Assembly (NCBI GenBank): GCA_964106915.2 | Contig: OZ066920.1 | From: Podarcis gaigeae | Taxonomy: Eukaryota | Direction: 5' to 3' (one strand) | DNA length: 64,000 nucleotides | Shown: positions 1 to 12,279 of the stretch, one piece after another | How the letters are laid out: every line of letters begins with the position of its first letter | How positions within the stretch are numbered: position 1 is the stretch's first letter | Program-made: the position numbers and the translations under genes | The notes under the pieces: generated by a model | What the model saw: only the letters and a program-made list of their open reading frames with translations | Told to the model about the DNA's origin: nothing | Database searches by the model: none

Positions 1-520
<520 letters not shown>

Positions 521-1507
521 TAATAGAGTGAATTATATACTCTCAGCAATCTCTTAAACTGTTCAGTTCATTCCAGTGTAAGCTAATGGAACCAGATTCC
601 TATTCTGCATAGTAGGAGCATGCTGCAACCATGTTACTTTTTGCTTGATAGTTCTGCATGCTCCTTGCCACCCTCTGTCCCCATCCCATAACAATAGTAT
701 ATTTTACTTTCTGCATAAACTAAATGAGAAAGGGGATGTTTTTGCGTAAGGAGAATAGCTATGCTGCTGTTTTCTACTTTCTTATTAAATGTAAAACAAA
801 TATGTATTTTTGATGCAATCAGCTGATGCCAAAAGGGCCAAGAAAATACTCATGAGTAGCATAGTTTGCTTTCCACATTTTTTACAAGATAACTTTACAT
901 TGCCCTTTTGGCTCCAGTGATTATGCAACTGGAAAGTTGCTAGGAGGACTTGTTAGCCAGATTTTTGGAGAAGACAGATAATGCTGTCAAAAGGTGAAGG
1001 AGTTTGGAAGCTTCCACTTCTGTTTAAACATTACATCTGAACCTTAAACTGCAGATTAACTGTTATTATGAACTACGGTTTACTCAAGTAAGCCAGCTTC
1101 TTAAACTACAATTTGAAATTGGCTTTGTTTTTGTAAACAGTTGTTAAAACTAACTGCAGTTTGTCTGGTTCAGAAGTCAATCTGAAACAGAAACAAGCTT
1201 TCAAATTCCTTGCAAGCTGTGCCAGGGAAAAATAGACAAGGCTAACACAGACTTGTCCTATGCCATGGTTTAGCATTACATATGAATGCAGTCCATTGAC
1301 TTGCATCTGCTTGATGTGCTGCTTTCATATATATAAAGATTCTTCAAACAATGTTTCATGTTAACACAGTAAACTTCATATATTTAATTCCGTATTTGTG
1401 ATACAAATATGTGCATTCGGTGACATTTTAAGCACCATAATTTTTTCCTCCAGTTGACTACGTTATGGCTCTTGCTTATGTATATGTATATAAATGATAT
1501 TGCATGA

Positions 1508-1678
<171 letters not shown>

Positions 1679-1792
1679 TAGACTGATGACTGTATAAAGA
1701 TGGGCAAGTCTTTTAAAAGTTTTATCGTTTTAAAGAGAAAGGATTAGAATGAAGAAAAACTGTTACATGTTAAGATTTAAGCACAATATGTA

Positions 1793-2162
1793 CCGTACTT
1801 TTCGCTCCATTGGACACAGTTTTTCCCCTCCAAAAACTGAGTGGAAATGTGTGTGCGTCCTATGGAGCGAATGCAGGCTTGTGTCAAAGCTGTGCGCAGC
1901 CCCTCCAGCAGGGAGAGGCTGCACGGGGCTATGGTTTCTTTAGCCCCGCGCAGCCTCTCCCGGTAGGGAGGGATTGCGCGGGGCTAAAGAGGAAGCCAAA
2001 ACAGCCAGCGCGATCCATCCCGCTCTCCGGCAAGGAGAGGTTGTGCGCAGCCTGTACGCTGCTCTTTGGGGCTGGGGGGGGGAGATTTTTTTTATTGATT
2101 TCCCCACTTAAAAACTAGGTGCGCCCTATGGTCCAGTGCGCCCTATGGTGCGAAAAATACGG
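1793..2162. mobile_element. Non-autonomous Tc1/mariner-superfamily (Tc2/pogo-like) MITE
   Basis: TIRs CCGTACTTTTCGCTCCAT / ATGGTGCGAAAAATACGG, TA on both sides, GC-rich interior. Confidence 0.85.
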
Positions 2163-2523
2163 TAGATTGTAAAGAAGTTGTTAAAAACTTGCTTCTCCAT
2201 TCAGAACCTATATATACCTGGGAATTCCTTTAAAGAAAAGGAGAGTTTACACTGTGCTAAGAAATTCATATAAGAAGCCATTCTTACTGGGAAGTTTTGA
2301 AAGTTCTACCTAGATTTCTAAGCCAAGTCCCATAGTATTTTCTGTATGAAATCTCTGTAAATGTGCATGTTTATTGGTATGAATTAATAGAGAGAATTAA
2401 TAGAAATATTACATTTCAAAAATCTTTAAAGTGTACTTCAGAAAAGGAAAAACAATGATCAAATAGTATTTTAATGAAATTTTGTGTTTTAAAACTCTGA
2501 TTATTATTTTTTTGTTTAACTAG

Positions 2524-2691
<168 letters not shown>

Positions 2692-2775
2692 TAAGGTTTG
2701 GTTTGGAAAATAACCCATAGCTGAAGTTACGTTTTCGAAGTAAGTCTAATAAAGTTAACATGAAAACAAGTTTTA

Positions 2776-3383
2776 CCATATTGGCCCAAATATAAGCTGC
2801 ACTTTTCCCCATTTTCAGACCCTGAAAGGTTAAAGTGTGGCTAATATTTGTGATTTTTTACCATATGCTGCTGAAAGTGGCTGGGAAGCACACGTACTCC
2901 CTAGCTGCTTGATGGCGGGAGTGGGGGAAGCAGCATCCGCCTCCCAGTTGGTTGGCAGTGTTCGCTCCCTAGCAGCTTGGTGGTGGGGGGAAGCAGCGCG
3001 ACCGCCTCCCAGCTGGTTGGTGGGGGGAGTGGCACGCCTGCCTCCCAGCTGGTTGGCGGGGGGGGGAGCATGCGCAGGTCATCCAGCTAGGGAGCACAGG
3101 CACCGCCAAAAAGCTGGGAGGGAGGCGCACACCCCCCCAGCTAGGGAGTGCACGCACCACCAACCAGCTGGTAGGTGGGCACCCAGCTCCCCAAGCCGGT
3201 GCCGGCGCTCGGCTCTTGAGTGCGCTGTGTGCCCGCCTCCTGGCATTACTGCCCTGAACGGGGGAGGCCAGCACCGGCTTGGGGAGCGGGGCGCCGAGTG
3301 TCAGCACCAGCTTGGTGGCCACACCTGCAAATAAGCCTTGAATTTTAAGGGTGTGGGTGCAGCATATATTCGGGCCAATATGG
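2776..3383. mobile_element. Non-autonomous Tc1/mariner-superfamily MITE
   Basis: TIRs CCATATTGGCCCAAATATAAGCTGCAC / GTGCAGCATATATTCGGGCCAATATGG, TA TSD, interior built of CCTCCCAGCTGGTTGG-like repeats. Confidence 0.85.
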
Positions 3384-3849
3384 TATTTAAATTTAATTCT
3401 AATTTTAAAAGTTGCTGATTCAGACAGCATACTGCTAGAGTTCTTTAAGAATTCACATATGAAATTGTTCGTTGAATTGTCTAAACTTCTAGCAACTTGT
3501 TCCTAAAATTATCTTCCTTGCTGGACATTTGGAAGGTACCCATTGTAAAACCAATTTGTTAAAAAGGAATCTGTTGAGGAGAAATTACTCTATTTGGCTA
3601 ATCTCAGTCCTAATTAAATTAGTGGGAAACATTAGGCTAGAATTCTTATATAGAAGAACTGGATGCTGAAGACAAATTTGTATGGTCTGCAGAGAAGAAA
3701 GTTTTTCACTTTTAGCTTTTTAAAAATATTGAAAGAGTTTGTGTAAAGTCTTGTGTAAACAGATTTAATCTGGCTCATGGGAGAATCACTTTTTTCACTC
3801 TCCACACTAGGTCAGAAACAGCCTGACTGGAAGAGGCCTTCTGCTAGTG

Positions 3850-3977
3850 CAGAAACGGCAAACCTGTGGACCTCCAGGTGTAGCTAACTCCCATCAACCT
3901 CAGCCAGTATGTCCAGTGGTCAGAGATGGTGGGAGTTGTAGTTCCAACATCTGGTGGGCCACAGGTTCCCCATTCTG
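3850..3977. mobile_element. Short palindromic hAT-like MITE (degenerate)
   Basis: Inverted arms AACCTGTGG...ACTCCCATCA / TGGTGGGAGT...CCACAGGTT. Similar to the copies at 53480 and 57002. Confidence 0.6.
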
Positions 3978-4089
3978 CACCTAATGGAGACAAGGTCACA
4001 TTTGGATCCAAACTACTATTTTTCATCACTCTTAACATTTTAAAAATATGGGTCTACCATTTTTAGCATTGGAATAAATTGCTATATAA

Positions 4090-4266
<177 letters not shown>

Positions 4267-5046
4267 TAGAAAGCTGCAATAAACAATCTAGCACGTGGTC
4301 TCCTTCACATTCTTTGTGTCATAGCAAATTCAGGAGAAAATAGATAATACATGTCTTAATTCATTAAGTTGCTCACATGTATGGAATAGAACAACACCTG
4401 AGTTCCTGCCTCCATGGGTTTCTCAGTTCAGGGAATTTGCAGGGATCACAAACGTGTCAATTTTATTTGTAGAACTGCCTTAATATTGCACTGAATGAGG
4501 AAGCCAGTACTAAGTGAGTAGACTTCATGTATATCAAGGTGTCAGGAGGATATTCTTAGTGTATCCCGTGTATCCATCCAAAAGGGTCGCGTGGGGAACA
4601 AAATATGGAGAAGCCCTGAAGTGCACATGGAAGCATTTCCACTCACCTTAAGAATTCTTTTGAAATCATGCCATTGGCATCTATGGAATATATGGTGTAT
4701 GTCTAGAGGGCTTGGACCCAGAATTAAGTGCATGTAACAAGGTTGGCAGTAGCTGACTTCCCCACCCGACCTACTCTCCACAGCAGTTCTCCCAAAATAC
4801 CTAGAAATCTTTCAGGGGACTCTGCTAAATGGGATGGGCTGTGAGACAGAGAGATGAGGGTAAAGGGAGGATACCTGAAAATTAGGAGGGGATACTTTTC
4901 ATGAGCAGATGTCCTGTTCATGGAAGTTGCCTTTTTAATTACACATGCTTAGTACTGGATCTAATTCAGAGTGAACTGCATATGTACAGAGTTGAGAAAA
5001 GAAAATGGTGCAGAATGAATATCTTTTTCTAAAGACCCCCTTAAAG

Positions 5047-5278
5047 CAGGAATAGCCAGCATTTTAAAGCTTTAGGTAGAAGGAGCTGACGCTTTAGCAT
5101 CTAATTGCTCTAGGGTTGATTTATTAAAAGTGCTAGCATTGTTTTATGGAATATTTAATTGCCTCTAGAATTACAAAAAATAAAAACCCAATTCAAAACA
5201 TGAATAGGCTCACAAGTATAAGATCAAATCGTCTCAGGGGTTTGATTGGCCTGTTGACTGTCAAATTGGCCATCCCTG
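5047..5278. mobile_element. Possible degenerate hAT MITE
   Basis: Ends CAGGAATAGCCA / TGGCCATCCCTG. The flanking 8-mers match at only 5 of 8 positions. Confidence 0.35.
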
Positions 5279-5356
5279 TCTTGGAGAATTCAGTATGCGG
5301 TTCACATTAAGGTGTACTTGGAATAATTGACTATTCATCTGTTTATTTTGAAATAG

Positions 5357-5542
<186 letters not shown>

Positions 5543-6800
5543 CTGCTAGCATCTCTTTGCTGTCTGTTACAGCTTAACGTTGTGAAATATATATGTAATT
5601 TGTTTAAAAATATAGCACTAATGTGGAATACAGCCTTTTTCAATCTTCCATATATAACATCAAAATGCTTCACAAAATCTCATTCAATGTTGTAAATGTT
5701 CATACCATTTATTACAAATGGTATTTATTTTAGATCCTAGGTCCAAAAAGCATCTTCCCAACAGAGCTATTTATGTACAAAAAAAAAAAAAATCTTTCAC
5801 TGAAGTTTTAACAGCGCTGGCAGCTGTTACAAAAAAATCTGCTGAAAAGCACTTGCTATTTTATGTTCACTTTAATGATTTTTATTAAACTTAAACTCCT
5901 ACAAAAAACAAAACATCAAGCTGTGGGAAATATTACACGCTTGTGGGAATGTGGGGAGTGAGGGTCTATTCATCTTATATAATTTATAGGTTAACTGTAC
6001 AGTTTTCTTTTTGGAAAAGATGTAATATTGTTTTCATTTTTTAAAATAACTTATTTTATACATATTGCGCAATTGTAAATAATCTTGTATTTAACGTTCA
6101 ACCCTGTATAAAAATAGATATTTTAATTGTAAAACTGTTTTGTCTAATGTTTTATTGGACCAAAGTTGTTGTTTCTTATGTGTAGTGTATAGGCAATTTT
6201 CTTTTAAAAGGCATGTATTTGATTTAGCTACTTGTTCCATCACCATAACTGTTAAGATTTGAGACTGAGTGGTATTGCATGCTAGCTCAGTTCAGGTTTT
6301 TTCCTACTGTGTGGTACCTAAATGATTGCAACATACGGTGCCGATCCACCAAGCACTGCTTCTGTACAGCATCCATTCATTCAGAGGAATTTGCATGAGT
6401 GTCCCTTTCAGTGTGGTTGCAGCAGTGCTTAATGGATTACACTTTGACTTCCTAGAGCCATTTGTCTTTTGCTATGCTGCTGTAATGCCATGCCTATGAC
6501 TTACTATGAAGAGTATTATGTTTAAAATCTTAAAAGATTATAAATCTGCTCTTACATTGTGGTCTCAAAACAAGCCTTTTAGTGTCCTGCTTCTCCCTTA
6601 CAAATGCCTCTCAATGAAAAATTGTACATTGTCTATTTTAATATTTACCTATTAAAGCATATGTAAATAGTTGTAAATACAATGTTTAATAAATTCTATT
6701 GGTCATGCTAACAGATGGTTGAATCCTTGTGATGGTGAAATTTTCATTCTTGAAGTTTTATACACTTTGACAAAAATAAATCTTTGAAAGTTCCATGATA
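5543..6800 (+). terminator. ANKRD12: ANKRD12 3' UTR with poly(A) signals ATTAAA 6651, AATAAA 6688 and AATAAA 6775
   Basis: AT-rich sequence after the stop codon, with hexamers followed by U/GU-rich sequence. The cleavage site is inferred. Confidence 0.65.
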
Positions 6801-7040
6801 AGATTGTAGTTTTATATTCTGACCAATTCTCCATTTTTTGTGAAGAACTGACTAATAATATAATGTTCTTATTGTACTATTAGAATGACTGCCATTATGA
6901 TTGGGTATACGTTATGTGGAGGGAGGGATTCTGGATGTGCCTAGGGAGAGGTGGATCCAAATCCTCAGTCACTATGTCTCAGCTTAAGCCTATCTGAGCT
7001 CCTGGGGGGAACTCTGTTAAATTGTCCCAGAAGAGTATTA

Positions 7041-7284
7041 TTATTATTTTTTGTTAAATCATTTTAATTAATTTTCCAATAAAAAAACATCCAATTATCA
7101 TATCAAATTATAATCCAATTAAAATAAAAAACTAAAATAAAAAGACTAAATTATCATCCAGATTATAATTATTAATTTTTCGGGACTTCCCATAGCCTGG
7201 ACCTTGAAGCATATCTCCAAATCTCAATCCTGCTTCTCCTCGTTGTTTCCATATTTTCCACATCTCGATTTTAACGCTTTAACG
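7041..7284 (-). mobile_element. 5'-truncated non-LTR retrotransposon 3' end (L1/Tx1-like)
   Basis: Perfect 13-bp TSD CAGAAGAGTATTA (7028-7040 and 7285-7297). A-rich/(TAA)n tail on the minus strand. Confidence 0.7.
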
Positions 7285-7710
7285 CAGAAGAGTATTAAAA
7301 TACATTGCCCTCTGTGTCCTATCTGTTGGTGATGGTCAGACCACTCCACTATAAGGGAGTTTGCTTGCTCATGCTAAATTTGTCAAAAAGTTTAGTGTTT
7401 TATTTTCCCTAGTGTGAATGAATAACAAACACAAAATTAACCTTCCTTTGTAAGGTTAACAAGAACATTGAGAAACCCTAGTGCCTTTGGGTGGGTGGAG
7501 GTGAAGAGGGGCAATTTTTGCTGCCTCTGATCTGTCTCCCAAATTGGAGGCTCTTTGCCATCTACTCAAGGGAGGCTCATGAAAACTGTCCATCCCTGTC
7601 TGCATAGACTCTTTCATCTACAGAAATGTGTCCCTTAGTCATGCCAAAAGTGTGACTAATGTTTCAAGAGTGTGACACAGAGAATGTTGGAAATCGTTAG
7701 ATAGATGGAT

Positions 7711-7810
7711 TAAGAACATAAAAAGAGCCTTGTTAAAGTAGATTGAGATCCATCTCACACAGCATCCTGTTTTCAAGTATGGCCAACCAGATCCCTCTGT
7801 GAAGCCTTCC
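7711..7810 (-). mobile_element. CR1-type LINE 3' end fragment
   Basis: TAAGAACATAA...CAGCATCCTG...TGGCCAACCAGAT, the reverse complement of the 3' end seen at 31130-31208. Confidence 0.55.
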
Positions 7811-7956
7811 TTACTCTTTGTCTCTGGCACTGTCTATTCCAAAGATAGAATAACTCCAAACAAGGACTTCAATTTGGCTATGCTGATTGCTGTTGATAGC
7901 TATGTGATGAACTACTATTTCTTGCTATTTTTGTTTTAAACTATTTAATCAAAGTA

Positions 7957-8793
7957 CAGTGGTGCCTCGCAAGACGAAATTAATTCGTTCCGCAAGTCTT
8001 TTCGTCTTGCGAGTTTTTCGTCTTGCGAAGCACGGTTTCCCATAGGAATGCATTAAAAATCAATTAATGCGTTCCTATGGAAACCGCCTTCAGACCAGGT
8101 CCGGGGACAGTCTGTCCCCCGACCTCTTCTGAAGGCCGGTGGGGGGGCGAAAGTCTTTGCTCCCCCCCCCCGCCTGCCTTCCCGGGACAGCGGAGACTTC
8201 TCCGCTGTCCCGGGGCGGTCTTAAAATGCTGGCGGGCGGCAGCGAAACCTTCGCTGCCGTCCCCCAGCTTTTTAAAAGCCCCTGGGACAGCGGAGACTTC
8301 CCGGGGCGATTTTAAAATGCTGGCGGGCAGCAGCGCTGCGTTTCTCCGCTCTCCCGGGAAGGCAGGCAGGGGGGACAAAGACTTTTGCCCCCCGCCCGCC
8401 TTCAGAAGAGGTCCAGGACCTCTTCTGAAGGCCGGTGGGGGGCGAAAGTCTTTGCTCCCCCCCCCCGCCGCCTGCCTTCACAAGCCATCCGGGATAGCGG
8501 GAAGCGCTTCCCTGCTATCCCGGACTGCTTTTAAAATGCTGGCGGTGGGGAGCAAAGCCTTTCGGCCCCCGCCGGCCTTCCTGGACCTCTTCTGAAGGCC
8601 GGAGGGGGGGGAAAAGGCTTTGCTCCCCACCGCTAGCATTTAAAAGAGGTCCCCGGAGATTTCCCTATGGGCTTTCTTCTTGTGAAGCAAGCCCATAGGG
8701 AAATTCGTTTTGCGAAGCGCCTCCAAAACGGAAAACCCTTTCGTCTAGCGGGTTTTTCGTCTCGCGAGGCCTTCGTCTTGCGGGGCACCACTG
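7957..8793. mobile_element. Tigger/pogo-like MITE with GC-rich repetitive interior
   Basis: TIRs CAGTGGTGCCTCGCAAGACGAA / TTCGTCTTGCGGGGCACCACTG, TA TSD. Confidence 0.88.
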
Positions 8794-11700
8794 TACTTTA
8801 TAAGCAGTGTAGAAATTGTAGATGGAGCATAACTAAACTAATGTGGTCATTGTGCATTTTTGCTGCATGTAGAGGGGATCTGGTTGTAGCATCCAAGTGT
8901 ATAAACATGTCAAAATTCATGTATGTGGAATATTCACACAGGAAGCGTGTGATGCTTGTATTAATTCAGACACAGGATGCTTGTATTAATTCAGAAGCTA
9001 ACCCAGCAGAATAGGCACACAGATTCTTCATTTTCCTGTTGCTGATTAAAATGGGATAAGCACAGAAGCAGCAAAGTGGTACAAAGTTTCCCAGCAGGTT
9101 TTTGTGTTTTGGCACATTGTTTGCTCCCAGAGAAATGGTGTTTGGAGTATACATGCCACAGGCAGAACACTAAGCTGGAATTTCGCTAGGAACTTCTGTT
9201 TCCCATGGACAGTATTCAACTATAATGTCCTATCAGCACAAGAATTCCTGCTTCCACAACAGGACTTTCCACCTTCTCCCCACACTTTCCCTGAACCTTC
9301 CCTATATCTGCTCCATAGAGTTGGGGGGACTCCTAGAACAAATTGGGGGTGAAATGAAGGTAGGAGAGGGAGAAAACATTCTGTGGCACAAGCAGAAATC
9401 CTTGCACTTAAAGGATGTTCACATAGTACAACATTGGACACAACTCTACATGTTTATTCACCATGCGGATGTTCTTGACGTTCAGGTTTGAAAAGGATAT
9501 TGTTGCTGTTTAGAGAGTATGATGGGCCAATAATTGCACACCGCTAGCTCTCTGGTTAAGCACCATATAATATTCTATATAGTTCCTTGGGACATCGCAA
9601 TAAAGTAAGGAATGTAAACAGTTCCCTGGGGCATCCAACATCAAATTTCAAGAGGCACCATCATGCACATCCGTGTGTGTGTGTGTGCATGCCCCTGTAT
9701 GCAGGAAATGGATGCCTTTTCCCTCCCTTTCCCTCATAGCTTGGGAGGGAAGGAGTTTAGTGCAGTTGTGCCACCATGCTTAAAATGCACATGTGGAGCT
9801 TGGAATCCACAAGAAAATAATAGACACTGCCCCGCCTCTCCTCTCCAGTCACACAAGCAAGTAAAGCAGCATTTGATAAGAAGAGGTTGGGTGGACAAGG
9901 CTTTAGTAGCAGCTGGTGAAAGCTATAGTAGAAGCTGCCCAGTCTCAATAATGGAGAAAACCTAGCCAGCAGACGATAAGGATACTGCTACAAAGGACTG
10001 TGTGGCAAACTTGTTCAAAGCTACCAGGTATTCTTTTTCTTTTTATATCTCCCCATAGACACCTGTGTGTTTAATACCTTTACGGCAGGCAGAATTCAGC
10101 AGCTTCACTTGCTGAATTTTTGCCTCCCATGTTAAAAGAAAGGCCTAGCGCCCACTTATTTATCATTGTACAAATTACTCACTGGTGTTAGATGCACTGA
10201 GCTCTAATAGAGACAATTATTTTACATCTAGGGAGCAAATATTGTCGGCCTGTTGCCATTTATTTTTATTTTGTCTTTAGGATATGGTTTTATTTACACA
10301 TATATACAACCTGAGCATTGGATGGGAGGGGGTTGGTCTGTTCCCATTTACGTATATGAAACTTCTCTGTACATATGCTGCATTGTGTATGTGTAAATAT
10401 TAATAGGAATGTGAATTGGATTATAACCATTTCTTGTCATGATTCAACAAATGAAGCTTTCACTTATTTTCATGTTGGAAGAAACATCTACAGAATTTTA
10501 CAGCTGCTATATACATAGGAAATATACTGTGGTGGGGAAAAATGGTGGTAACCTCATCTTCATTTCAAGTTGTGTTCTAGGGTTCCTTTTCCGTCATACT
10601 TCTGACACTTTCTTACCTGTCCCAGATGGGATTAAATAATCTACCCACCTCCCAGGGCACATTTATTTTCATGCACCCTCAGTATGACTCATGGGATGCT
10701 CTTCCTCTCATTTGCAGAGGGAAGAATTTCCCCCCTCTTATTTTCCTTTTTCTTAAATAGAAAGCCAAAATGTTTTTTCCCAGTGAATCTGTTTCACCCA
10801 CTAGGACTTCGATCCTGTGAACATTTAGGAGTAAGCCCCACTGAAAATGAGGAAATACTACAAAGGTTGATTGCCTCTTAACATGCTTTAACCAGCCACA
10901 AATGAAGTAAGATAATGTGTGAGAAAGCATTGGTTTTGCTCCCTCTTTAAAAGTATGGTTATGGATAAAATGGGAGTTCTTAGAGTTTAATGGTGTTGCA
11001 GGGGCTAATCACCTGGGTCTTAGTCTTGCAGTTGGCACGTCATGCTGTGCCATATTATCTCTAAAAATCCACACACTTGATGTCGCTTAATGTTACAGGC
11101 TACTTATTGACCATGTTTAACAACTCTCTTGTAGAAAACCCATGAGAAGGCGGCAAATTTCTGTTCCACTCATCCATTATATGCTTATGAGTGAAGTGGG
11201 AATTTTAGTCCATGCTAACACTGATGGATAATCCCCATTACAGTAATAGATTTTATGATAGATAAAAGTTATGGTGGTAAACAATTTCTACCTGTAATTT
11301 GTAAATTTAATTTGTAATTAATTAATTGTAAATATTGAGGCAGAAATTAAATGACTTTCATATAATCGGATTAACAAAGGTGAGTACTGAATAAGGATTG
11401 CATCTCAGTGATAATTTTGAAACCACTGTCCTATACAGAAAGGATTGAAATACTTATGACTATGAATGAATCATGACCAAATCCATTAAATGGCAGGTCT
11501 CTTCAACTTTCATACCCTTTCTTTCAACCTTTATTCTCTTCATTAATTTCTAAAACTGGCTGGGAGCTGTACTGTACAACAGAAGACTGGTTGAATGTTG
11601 TATGAGCTTACTAATTATAAGAAACAGGGAGGGAGGCTGTTCCTGAAATAACTAGATCCAGATTACAGTGTAGCTGAAAGGGACAGAGATCTCACCATAC

Positions 11701-12279
11701 TGAATTACATAAGAAACCTATGTAGCTTAACATGTTCTTTCCTGTTTGCTAAGATCGGAAATGAGAGGTGTGTTATTGTGTACCTGTTGGCCAAAGAGAC
11801 TACTGTCTTTTCTGTGCACAATTACTTAGGAATAAGGCACATTGACAGAACTGGAAATTACTTTTGAGCAAGCATGAATAGGACTGCACATAAACTTCTT
11901 ATTGTGGACCAGTCTATTATTTACATTCATGCCCAGATGGATCCTGAGAAGTTGTTTCTCCTTGAAATGCTAGTAAATGCCCAAATGGGTCGTGAGCTAT
12001 AGTCTTTCTTAGACATATTACATTTTTTCACTTACTTTGTTCATCTATACCCTGTTTGTCCTTGTTCTTCTGTTTAAGGTGAATTCTGGAATGACCTCGC
12101 ATTTGGAATCTCTAGTTACTGGTGCCCATTGAAATTTGAAGGGTGGAAGGGAGACCAACAATAGGTAGAGCCAAAGCCAGTGACAGGCAGAGCAAATTCT
12201 AATTTTGTTAAAGCGAATTATACCACGGAGGAAGGGACACCGCTTGGGCGTAAATTTAACGCTAATTCGGACGCCTATA

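Noticed and set aside
2837-3430. 165-aa and 153-aa overlapping ORFs
   Set aside because: They lie inside a TA-flanked GC-rich MITE, the translations are repetitive, and no domain is recognisable.
8064-8595. 172-aa ORF and antisense ORFs
   Set aside because: Interior of the Tigger-like MITE. No transposase motifs; the frames are open because of GC content.
10740-10915. Acceptor-like TTTTCTTAAATAG and AACCAGCCACA as a possible TWSG1 remnant
   Set aside because: No TWSG1-like translation in any frame I read. The match is too short and overlaps a dispersed hairpin repeat.
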